Shown here: positions 26,701 to 35,741 of the stretch, piece by piece
How positions within the stretch are numbered: the first letter of the stretch is position 1
How the letters are laid out: each line of letters starts with the position of its first letter
DNA from: Azolla caroliniana
Taxonomy: Eukaryota; Plantae; Polypodiophyta
Length of the DNA: 64,000 bases
Assembly (NCBI GenBank): GCA_043228905.1
Contig: JBHGNT010000010.1
Span: forward strand, 9,424,001-9,488,000
Direction of reading: 5' to 3'
Notes under the pieces: model-generated
Database searches by the model: none
Seen by the model: the letters and a program-made list of their open reading frames with translations, nothing else
Told to the model about the DNA's origin: nothing
Position numbers and translations under genes: made by a program

Positions 26701-27954
26701 ATATTGGATACGCAGTCGGAGTGGTGAGCCGGTTTATGAGCAATCCTGGCAAGGAGCACTGGAATGTGGTAAAATGGATACTCCTGTACTTGAAAGGCAC
26801 CTCAAATATGTGCCTCCGATTCGGCTCCGGTAAACCCCAACTTGATGGTTTCACCGATTCGGATATGTCGGCTGATGCGGATACCAACCGGTCAACATTA
26901 GGATATGTTATGACATATGCAAGGGGAGCTGTTTCATGGCAGTCGAAGCTGCAGAAGACGATTGCGTTGTCAACCACAAAGGCGGAGTACATGGCAGCTG
27001 TGGGAGCCGGCAAGGAAATACTATGGATGAAGGACTTCATCAAAGAGGTAGGGATCCGATAGGAGGAATACCGGCTCTATTGCGACAGTCAAAGTGCCAT
27101 CCACCTTGCGAAGATCGTGGCGTATCATTCCAGGACGAAGCACATCCAGCGGAGGTACCACTGGATCCAGGAGCGAGTGGAAGATCGAGAGTTCGTATTG
27201 ACGAAGATCCACACAGAGGAGAATGGGTCGGATATGCTGACCAAAGTGCTGACACCTGACAAGCTGGATGCATGCAGGAAGAGGATCGGATTGACGAGGT
27301 ATCCCATGATGGAGTGAAGGGGGAGTTTGTTAGGATTTCAGTCCCTCCGGATGGGATATGAGTACCCGGCAACGGAAGACCCGGTGAGAACCGGATGATG
27401 AGTACCCGACAAGGAAGACCCGGTGAGAATCGGATGATGCAGGCCCGGTGAGAACCTCTCACCGAATGAAGGGACATATATGTAAATATGTTCTAGAGAG
27501 CCCATTGGGGCTATATTTGTAAATAGCCCGAAATTCATATTAGTATAAATATGACCTAGGGAAAACTCTTATGTGTGTATCATTGTGTAGTCATTATTTT
27601 GTAGAGTTATTTTCGTGTAACTGCTGTACAAAGTGTAGCAGAAGAAAAGAGAGAGAGAGAGAGAGAGAGTGTGTATTTGTGTGTGTGAGTCTCTGTTGTA
27701 AACGCTGCCAGGCGAAGATTGAGAGCAAGAGGTTGTAGCCTCTGTGTTCATCTGTTGTATTCCTTTCTACATAGTGATAGTTGGAGTTTGGGGACTCCAG
27801 TGGTTTTTCCCATTTAGGGTTTTCCACGTTAACATCCTGTGCATTCTCTTCTGTTTGTGTACCTACTTCCATTTCTTATCTTTCTGTGTTTGATTATCAT
27901 CGAAGTGATCTAAGTCTTGGTTGTGGCCAAAGATTATTCCGCATAGTTCATGTC
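23712..27954 (+). mobile_element. Tnt1/Tork-like Copia (family B), inserted antisense into a family-B copy; 5' LTR truncated, internal deletion
   Basis: LTR 3' end at 23837; PBS tggtatgagagc 23841-23852; gag from 23869; protease DSGASFH fused to integrase (TKSHAGSQYFVTFIDD) near 24790; RT/RNaseH 25700-27317; PPT gaagggggag; 3' LTR 27328-27954. Confidence 0.92.
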
Positions 27955-28852
27955 TGCTTCTTCAAAGCTTTCCGGCTCGCCCTCATTGGTTAGCAACACA
28001 TGCTCTGCATCCGGAAATCTCCGGGGGGCTCTTCTCTCTCGGAGAGGATATCTCCGTCCCTGGTTTCTGACCACCGGTTCCTCCGTTTGTTCCTCATCAT
28101 CATCTGATTCGGGATCTTGTCTGGTTCCGGTGTCTTCTTCTTCTTCTTCTTCTTCTTCAGTCGGTTCAGTTTCTTGTCCGTATCCAGCCGGTTCGTCGAG
28201 TGTCATCCGGTTACCGGCTAACATTCGGTTACCGACTAATATCCGGTTTTCAACCGGGTAAGTCCTTGTGTCCTCAAGCCGGTTTTCATTGGATGATCCA
28301 GAGTTCATCATCTTCTTCTCAGACTCCTAGTCGGAAATGGTCCTGTCTTCCATGAAGACTATGTCCCGACTCATGAACACCTTTTTGTCGACCAGATCCC
28401 ACACCCGGTAACCGAACTCATCATCGCCGTATTCAAGGAATATGCATGGTCGGGATTTCAGATCCAGCTTTTCTCTCTTGTCCTTCGCCACATGCACATA
28501 AGCGAGACATCCAAACACCTTTAGATGCCGGTAGGATACGTCCTTACCGGTCCATACTTTCTACGGTGAGTCTCCATCCAAGGGTACTGAGGGTGATCTG
28601 TTTATTACATAGGTCGTCGTCATCAACGCCTCAGCCCAAAACGTCTTGAGTAACTTTCCATGTATTAGCAAGCTCCAGACTCTCTCCATCACGGTCCAGT
28701 TCATCCGTTCGGCTAGCCCGTTTAGTTCCGGCGTCTTTGGCACGGTAAATTCGAGCCAGATTCCCTTCAACTGACAATACTCCTCGAACTGCCCCCGGTA
28801 TTCTCCTCCGTTATCTGCTCGAACCGCCTTTAGCTTCCGATCGGTTTCTCTT
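27955..28852 (-). mobile_element. Continuation of the minus-strand family-B Copia (integrase and linker)
   Basis: KAVRADNGGEY, PELNGLAERMN, FGCLAYVHV, HVLLTNEGEPESFEEA. Confidence 0.88.
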
Positions 28853-28955
28853 TGTGGGGGAGTGCACGACCGAGTCTTCACTGCCCACCAGCTCATCATT
28901 CGACTTTTCCTTCCGACTCGGCTCTTCATTTAGGCCACTCATTTGGAATGAAATC
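28853..28955 (-). mobile_element. Copia family A integrase-RT linker fragment (target of the Tcn1-like insertion)
   Basis: Aligns by eye to about 61110-61215 of the family-A copy and continues after 34714. Confidence 0.75.
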
Positions 28956-29088
28956 TGTCAGGAACTCTATTAAGGCAGAGAAGGAATTAGTACTAAAAGA
29001 AGGATTAGTACTATTGTTGGGGAATAGTACTAAGACAGAGAAGGATTAGTACTATGAGAGGTGTCGAACTTTGAGAGAAGGAATGAGT

Positions 29089-29123
<35 letters not shown>

Positions 29124-29406
29124 TTGATGCGAAAGATATATGTATTATATGACGGAAGATATACAACAGTAGTTAGAAGGCTTAAGACTGGCGTTGAACC
29201 GATTTGGTTCGAACTAATGCCTTGCGCCTCCTTTTATAGTGTCTTCAGGAATACTCCTGAAGTTTCTAGAATGTTCCAGAGAAATCTGGAATATACATCA
29301 ATTTCCTAATAAAACCTAAATGAAAATAATATCCTTCAAATTACAACTCATAACCTAATGGTAAAGTCTCGACCCGTGTAACAAAAGGTTATGGGTTCGA
29401 GTCTAG

Positions 29407-32400
29407 TTATGACACTATCCCCCCTTTAAAACGACGAGTTTCACGAGTCGTTTTGGATTGAGGACCCGGTTTCTCGGGATATCGTCGATGGAAGTCTTCT
29501 AGAAGAGCACGAGCATTGGTCACATTCTCGATCGGTTCCCAAGTACGCTCGCTGGGACTATATCCTAGCCAATCGACTAGATAGTAGAGCTTGTTGCGAA
29601 CAATCTTGGAATCGAGGATGGCAGCGACCTCATACTCAGGTCCATCTTCGAGCTCGATAGGAGGTGGAGGTTGTATAGTACGTCCTGGGATAGTGCTCTC
29701 GTGATAGGGTTCGAGGAGAGAACTATGAAACACCGGGTGTATCCGAAGTTGCGGAGGTAGCTCGAGACGAAAAGCGACATCATTAATCTTCCCGATAATA
29801 CGGAAAGGACCTAATCGTCGATAATCCAACTTCTCACATGGGCGAGTAGTCTTGATGTGTCGTCGTAGCAGCCACACCCGATCTCCAATGTTAAAACTGG
29901 ATGGAAGTCGATGACGATCTGCGTAGTCCTTGTGTGATTGTTGAGCTTGCTGGAGTTGAGTAGATAAATCCGCTTGTATCTTGCGTAACCGCTCCAAACG
30001 ATCCTCCGCGCAAGGATTTGTGGACACTTCTGGGGTTTCAAGGACACACCACCGGGGATGATATCCCGTATAAGCGTAGAATGGCGTGACTTTAGTCGAT
30101 GCGTGGATAGCGTTATTATAGGCAAATTCGGCGAACTGAAGAATATCTGCCCAGTCATTCTGATGATAATTGAGAAAGCACCGCAAATACTGCTCCAGTG
30201 TTTGATTTGTTCGTTCGGCTTGACCGTCGGTTTGTGGGTGGTAGCCGGAGGAGAGGTTACAAGTGACCTTCAGCATTTTAAAAAGGTGCTTCCAGAATTT
30301 TGACACAAACTGGGGTCCACGATCGCTGATGATATTATCAGGGAGTCCATGATGCCGACATACTTCCCGCATGACAATTTCGGCGGTGTCTTCACTAGAT
30401 ATTTCTTTAGTACATGGTAAGAAATGAGCCATCTTCGTATATCGATCCACCACTGTGAGAATCGCACTAAATCCCTTAGAGACTGGAAGATCTGTAATGA
30501 AGTCAAGAGCAATGGATTGCCATGGCTTGCTTGGAATTGGTAATGGTTCTAATAAACCATATGGATGATGTCTTGGCATTTTCGCTCTGCAGCATGTATC
30601 GCAAGTCCGAACAAAATCTTCGACAAATTGTCGCATACGGGGCCACCAGAATGATCGTTGTACTAAATCTAATGTTTTAGTACTACCAAAATGTCCTGCT
30701 GTATATGTGTCATGGCAGTTTTGTACTACTCGAAGGCGGCAAGAACCATTAGGAACATACAAAAGTTCTTTAAAGAAGAGTAATCCATCACAGTATTTGA
30801 ATTGCCGATAATCCGTACCTGGTGATTGTGATTGTGAACATGACGCTCGAGAGGGGTCAATTTGTGCTAGTATAGCTTGGGCGAAAGCGTCAGTCTTCAA
30901 GTCCTCACGTATAGTATTGGTAATGTCGGAATCCACGGGCATGTCAAAGATCTGTGCTGCTTGCAGTCGTGCTGGACCCAAGATTACTTGCTTCTGGTTA
31001 TCGAAAGCTGGCTCACCGGGACGTGGTGTTAGATACGAACGCCGTGATAATGCATCTGCCTTCCCTTGGTGCTTCCCCGGACGATATGTAATTTTGAAGT
31101 CGAAGCGTGTGAGGAAGTGGGCCCACCGAGCTTGACGTCGATTCAGTACACGAGCATCTTGAAAGTAGGCAAGGTTCTTGTGGTCACTGAATACAGTGAC
31201 CTGATGAGGAGATCCCTCCAGGAAATGCCTCCATTGCATAAAAGAATCAACTATTGCTAATAGCTCTTTATCATGAATTTCGTAGTTGATTTCGGCGGCG
31301 TCAAACTTACGGGAGTGGAAAGCCACAGGATGTAGCTTCTCGTCGTTACCCTGTTGTGACAGAATGCTCCCCAATGCGAAATCCGATGCATCAGCTTCGA
31401 TAATGAATGGTTTTTCCGGATCCACATGACCTAAAATTGGAGCTGATGTAAACGCCTTCTTAAGACTCTCGAAAGCCATGTCCGTCTCTTTAGACCAAAT
31501 GAATGATTGTCCCTTCCTGGTGAGCTGTGTGAGAGGCAGCACAATTTTTGAGTAATTTTGTATGAACTTCCGGTAGAAATTTGCAAAGCCTAGGAAGCAT
31601 TGCACATCCCGCACCGAACGCGGAGTGTGCCATTCTATCACCGTTTTGACTTTGGCTGGGTCCATAGATATGCCTTCTGAGGAGATGACATAGCCGAGAA
31701 ACTCCACTTGGTTGCACCCGAAACTACATTTCTCTAACTTTGCATACAGACCATGTTCTCGAAGTCGTTTTAGTACTAATAGTACATGAGAATCATGTTC
31801 TTCTTGGGTCTTTGAATAAACCAGTAGATCATCCAAATAGATGATCAAAAAATCATCCAAGAGATCTCGAAATATATCATTCGCCATGTGCTGGAAGACT
31901 GCCGGCGCATTAGTGAGTCCGAACGGCATGACCGTATACTCGAAGTGCCCATATCTGGTGCGAAACGCGGTCTTCCATTCATCTCCTGGTCGGATCCGTA
32001 CGAGGTTATAGGCTCCTCGTAAGTCGATCTTCGTGAAGAACCTGGCACCGTTGATCCGTTCTAAAAGACTTGAGATAAGGGGAAGAGCATACCTATTTCT
32101 TACTGTGACCTTATTCAAGCCACGGTAATCTACAACGAGTCGAAGCGAGCCATCTTTTTTCTTGACGAAGAAAATGGGTGCGCCGGCTGGAGATTTCGAA
32201 TGCCGAATGAAACCGTTCTCCAAATTCTCCTCTATATAGGCTCGAAGGACTTCTAGCTCGGTTGGTGACAAATTGTAGATCGGCCCCCATGGCGGCTCTT
32301 TTCCCGGTTGTAAGTCGATGGCGCAGTCGTACGGCCGATGATGAGGAAGTGTGTTGGCTTGTACTTTATCGAACACATCAGCATACTGACGATACTTCTC

Positions 32401-33000
32401 GGGAAGTTGAACGGTGGACTCCTTTTTGGTGGTGCTGGAGGGTTGTACTGATATTGCAAAGAGAAACATTTCCTCCTTGCGCCCTTCCTCACGCAACTGA
32501 CGTAGCGAAATGGTTGCAACCTTCTGGGTAGATCCTTGGGTTTGTCGCAACCGGATTTCCCTTGTCCTCCAATCTATGTCTGGGTCATGTAACTCGAACC
32601 ATGGTAATCCTAAAACTATGGGATGTTCTGGAATACTAATAATATTAAATGATACTACACATGTTAAGTTATCTAGGACAATATTAACGGGTTCCGACTC
32701 TTCTATGATATTACCAGAAGCAATGGGACGACCATCAATGACTACTACTGAGGCTGGACATGGGAGCTTTCTGAGAGATATCTGATGAGCTCGGGCAAAA
32801 TTCCTATCCATGAAGCAAGAATTAGCTCCGGAATCTAGAAGGGCTAAGGTATGTACTGGAGGGGTACTTTTAGTACTAACTGCTACTTGGACTACGAACA
32901 CATCACTAACTTGCTTAGAGGGAATGGAACCACTAATGGGCTGCACAGATCTAGGGCTGTCCAACCAAACGGCTCCTATTTTGGCTGGACTTAGTCGTTT
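29407..33000 (-). CDS. Gypsy Pol (protease, RT, RNaseH, integrase, chromodomain), likely expressed by -1 frameshift from gag
   Basis: LLDSGANSCF, YLDDLL, EADASDFALG, HDTYTAGH...CDTC, ISDRGPQF, GPF, chromodomain EYEVAAILDS...YLVDWLGY...TWEP. The ORF reads through the PPT and stops inside the 3' LTR. Confidence 0.95.
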   Translation of the reverse strand, partial: KRLSPAKIGAVWLDSPRSVQPISGSIPSKQVSDVFVVQVAVSTKSTPPVHTLALLDSGANSCFMDRNFARAHQISLRKLPCPASVVVIDGRPIASGNIIEESEPVNIVLDNLTCVVSFNIISIPEHPIVLGLPWFELHDPDIDWRTREIRLRQTQGSTQKVATISLRQLREEGRKEEMFLFAISVQPSSTTKKESTVQLPEKYRQYADVFDKVQANTLPHHRPYDCAIDLQPGKEPPWGPIYNLSPTELEVLRAYIEENLENGFIRHSKSPAGAPIFFVKKKDGSLRLVVDYRGLNKVTVRNRYALPLISSLLERINGARFFTKIDLRGAYNLVRIRPGDEWKTAFRTRYGHFEYTVMPFGLTNAPAVFQHMANDIFRDLLDDFLIIYLDDLLVYSKTQEEHDSHVLLVLKRLREHGLYAKLEKCSFGCNQVEFLGYVISSEGISMDPAKVKTVIEWHTPRSVRDVQCFLGFANFYRKFIQNYSKIVLPLTQLTRKGQSFIWSKETDMAFESLKKAFTSAPILGHVDPEKPFIIEADASDFALGSILSQQGNDEKLHPVAFHSRKFDAAEINYEIHDKELLAIVDSFMQWRHFLEGSPHQVTVFSDHKNLAYFQDARVLNRRQARWAHFLTRFDFKITYRPGKHQGKADALSRRSYLTPRPGEPAFDNQKQVILGPARLQAAQIFDMPVDSDITNTIREDLKTDAFAQAILAQIDPSRASCSQSQSPGTDYRQFKYCDGLLFFKELLYVPNGSCRLRVVQNCHDTYTAGHFGSTKTLDLVQRSFWWPRMRQFVEDFVRTCDTCCRAKMPRHHPYGLLEPLPIPSKPWQSIALDFITDLPVSKGFSAILTVVDRYTKMAHFLPCTKEISSEDTAEIVMREVCRHHGLPDNIISDRGPQFVSKFWKHLFKMLKVTCNLSSGYHPQTDGQAERTNQTLEQYLRCFLNYHQNDWADILQFAEFAYNNAIHASTKVTPFYAYTGYHPRWCVLETPEVSTNPCAEDRLERLRKIQADLSTQLQQAQQSHKDYADRHRLPSSFNIGDRVWLLRRHIKTTRPCEKLDYRRLGPFRIIGKINDVAFRLELPPQLRIHPVFHSSLLEPYHESTIPGRTIQPPPPIELEDGPEYEVAAILDSKIVRNKLYYLVDWLGYSPSERTWEPIENVTNARALLEDFHRRYPEKPGPQSKTTRETRRFKGGIVS

Positions 33001-34160
33001 AACTCTTCTTCTAATTGGCTAAGGACATCAAATTTGTTTGCGAGATTCGGACTATTAGTACTATTAGGACTATTATGACTATGAGGATTATCAGAGATTC
33101 CTACTGAAATAGACTCGGGTTTAGTATAGTCAGAACTAACAATGACTTGGTTTACCTGCCTTCTTGGTCTATGGGGACAGTTTATCGCGATATGCCCTGG
33201 TCCACCGCAATAAAGGCATAATCGGTTTGTTCGGCGTCGTTGCTTTTCCTCCTCCGATAGCGGCCCACGACGACGTGTAGTGTCAATTTCCATTGGAGTT
33301 GGAGTACTTACTGGAGGCGCATTATGTGACTCCCTTTGAAAAGGTTTCGCTACCACTGAGGCATAGGTAGGCTCGGATCTTGCCCTCGGCATCTGAAATT
33401 GTCGTTCCGAACGTCGCTCGAAGAGGCGGTTGTCACATCTGACCGCTCGACTGATTGCTTCTGTTAATGATTTTGGCTCTTCAGGGAAAGTCAAGAGTAA
33501 ATCCTTGACATCGTTGCGTAGACCATAGCGGAACTGCTCCATCAATGCTTGATCATCCCAGGGGATATCGGCGGCGAGTAGGCGGAAATCTGCAGCATAT
33601 GCGGAGGCTGGACGGTCACCTTGGCGTAATCGCCGGATTTTGTTGATTGCAGTCCTTATGCTGTCAGTATCTCCAAAACATGCTTTAAACTCACTTATGA
33701 ATTCTTCAAAATTATTTAGTACTGGAGATTCCTTTTCTAGTAGCGGAGCGAACCATGCTAATGCTGAGCCATTTAACAACGTGCCTACTAAACCCACTCG
33801 TGATGCATCGGTGGGATATCGGGACGGATGCATTTGAATAACTAACCGTACCTGGTTAAGAAACCCTCTAAACTGCGATCGCGTTCCATCGAACTTCGTG
33901 GGAAGGCCAATCTTGGGTTCTTTATGAATCCCTTGTGCTCCGTGCCCTTGTTGTTGCATTGCTACGATGGTTGCTTCGAGTTGTTGCACGCGTAACGCAA
34001 GTTCCCCATGCTGTTGTTGCGTTTGCTGCTTTTCTAAGGAAATTTGCTGAAGATCCCCCAACAAGCGTTGATTTTCTTGTTCCAAAGCATGAAACTTCTC
34101 TTTCAAGCATTGAAATTCCGAGAAAACGGATTGATACTCTTCAGCGCTAACGGTGGCCAT
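32991..34160 (-). CDS. Gypsy Gag (coiled coil, retrotransposon gag domain, CCHC knuckle), 389 aa
   Basis: PTKFDGTRSQFRGF, LLNGSALAWF, LRQGDRPASAYAADF, CLYCGGPGHIAINC. Confidence 0.95.
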   Translation of the reverse strand: MATVSAEEYQSVFSEFQCLKEKFHALEQENQRLLGDLQQISLEKQQTQQQHGELALRVQQLEATIVAMQQQGHGAQGIHKEPKIGLPTKFDGTRSQFRGFLNQVRLVIQMHPSRYPTDASRVGLVGTLLNGSALAWFAPLLEKESPVLNNFEEFISEFKACFGDTDSIRTAINKIRRLRQGDRPASAYAADFRLLAADIPWDDQALMEQFRYGLRNDVKDLLLTFPEEPKSLTEAISRAVRCDNRLFERRSERQFQMPRARSEPTYASVVAKPFQRESHNAPPVSTPTPMEIDTTRRRGPLSEEEKQRRRTNRLCLYCGGPGHIAINCPHRPRRQVNQVIVSSDYTKPESISVGISDNPHSHNSPNSTNSPNLANKFDVLSQLEEELND

Positions 34161-34381
34161 GGGATGAAGGAAAAGGGAAATAAGAGACTAGTAGGAAAGG
34201 AGAGAGACAGAAGGAAGAGGGAGACTAGTAGGCAAAATCGGTTCAAACTGTCAGGAACTCTATTAAGGCAGAGAAGGAATTAGTACTAAAAGAAGGATTA
34301 GTACTATTGTTGGGGAATAGTACTAAGACAGAGAAGGATTAGTACTATGAGAGGTGTCGAACTTTGAGAGAAGGAATGAGT

Positions 34382-34418
<37 letters not shown>

Positions 34419-34714
34419 TTGATGCGAAAGATATATGTATTATATGACGGAAGATATACAACAGTAGTTAGAAGGCTTAAGACTGGCGTTGAACCGATTT
34501 GGTTCGAACTAATGCCTTGCGCCTCCTTTTATAGTGTCTTCAGGAATACTCCTGAAGTTTCTAGAATGTTCCAGAGAAATCTGGAATATACATCAATTTC
34601 CTAATAAAACCTAAATGAAAATAATATCCTTCAAATTACAACTCATAACCTAATGGTAAAGTCTCGACCCGTGTAACAAAAGGTTATGGGTTCGAGTCTA
34701 GTTATGACAAAATC

Positions 34715-35741
34715 AGACTCTCTTCTAGAGTGTCGATACCTTCTTCTTCTTCCCAGATGATGTCGGCCTCACGGGCCTAATCCTTAGTAATTGACATGGA
34801 GTCAGGGGTTGGAAGGGAATACCAGGATGCCGACTCGTCGAACACGATGTCTCGGCTCACTCGCACATGTTTGGTCTAGGGGGTTATCACACATATACCC
34901 CTTTTGTTCATGTGAGTAGCTGACCAAGATACATTTATCTGACTTGGCATCTAGTTTCTTCCGCTTCTCATCTGGTACGTGCACATATGCAATGCTATTG
35001 AATACCCTAAGACGCTTTAAGTTTAGATTGTGGCCGAAATATAGCTCATGAGCTGACACCTTCTCTCTGGTTGTCGAAATCCAATTTTGGATATATACAA
35101 CCATCCGAATGGCTTCGACCCTATAGAATTTGGGCATTGTCTTCTCTTCCAGCATCGCCCGTGCCGCTTCCACAATCTACTGGTTCTTCCTTTCGGCTAC
35201 GCCATTCTATTCTGGCGTATATCTATAGCTTAATTTGTGCCGAATTCCTATTTGCTGTAGATAACAATTGAACTGGCCGAAAAAGTATTATTTTCTACCA
35301 TCCGATCGCAGACACTTGATTTTCTGTTCTGTTTCTCTTTCGACAAGATTTTACAAGTTTCGGAAACAGGAGAAGACATCACTCTTCTTCTCTATCAGGT
35401 AAATCCATGTGTGTCGGCAATAGTCATCGATTAAAGAGACAAAGTATCGACTCCCGCCTAAGCTCACATTTTGTGCCGGTCCCCACACATCCGAATGTGT
35501 TAACTAGAGCTTATTTTGACTACGGTTTCACTTGTTGGGGAAAGGAAGTTGGTGTTGCTTCCTTAGCTGGCAGGCTTCACAAACATGGGCCTTCCTACCA
35601 CTAAACTTCGGCAAACCGAACACAACTTGTTTCGTTTGCAATTCTTGAAGCCTTTGGTAGTTGACATGGCTGATCCGATTATGCCAGAAGTTGATATCTA
35701 ATTTGACTTTTTGTCCTTTGGCAAACATTGCGGTGCCGACG
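34715..35741 (-). mobile_element. Copia family A integrase / gag-pre-integrase segment
   Basis: FWHNRISHVN...CEACQ, EAARAMLEEK, LDAKSDKCILV. Confidence 0.85.

Larger units (their letters stand above)
28956..34709 (-). mobile_element. Intact, very young Ty3/Gypsy chromovirus (Tcn1-like)
   Basis: LTRs 34249-34709 (5') and 28956-29414 (3') appear identical apart from one GA unit; perfect TSD AAATC (28951-28955, 34710-34714); PPT aaaggggggatag; uninterrupted gag and pol. Confidence 0.97.

Noticed and set aside
29344-29414. Functional tRNA gene
   Set aside because: Acceptor, anticodon and T stems do not pair; kept only as a tRNA-derived box cassette.
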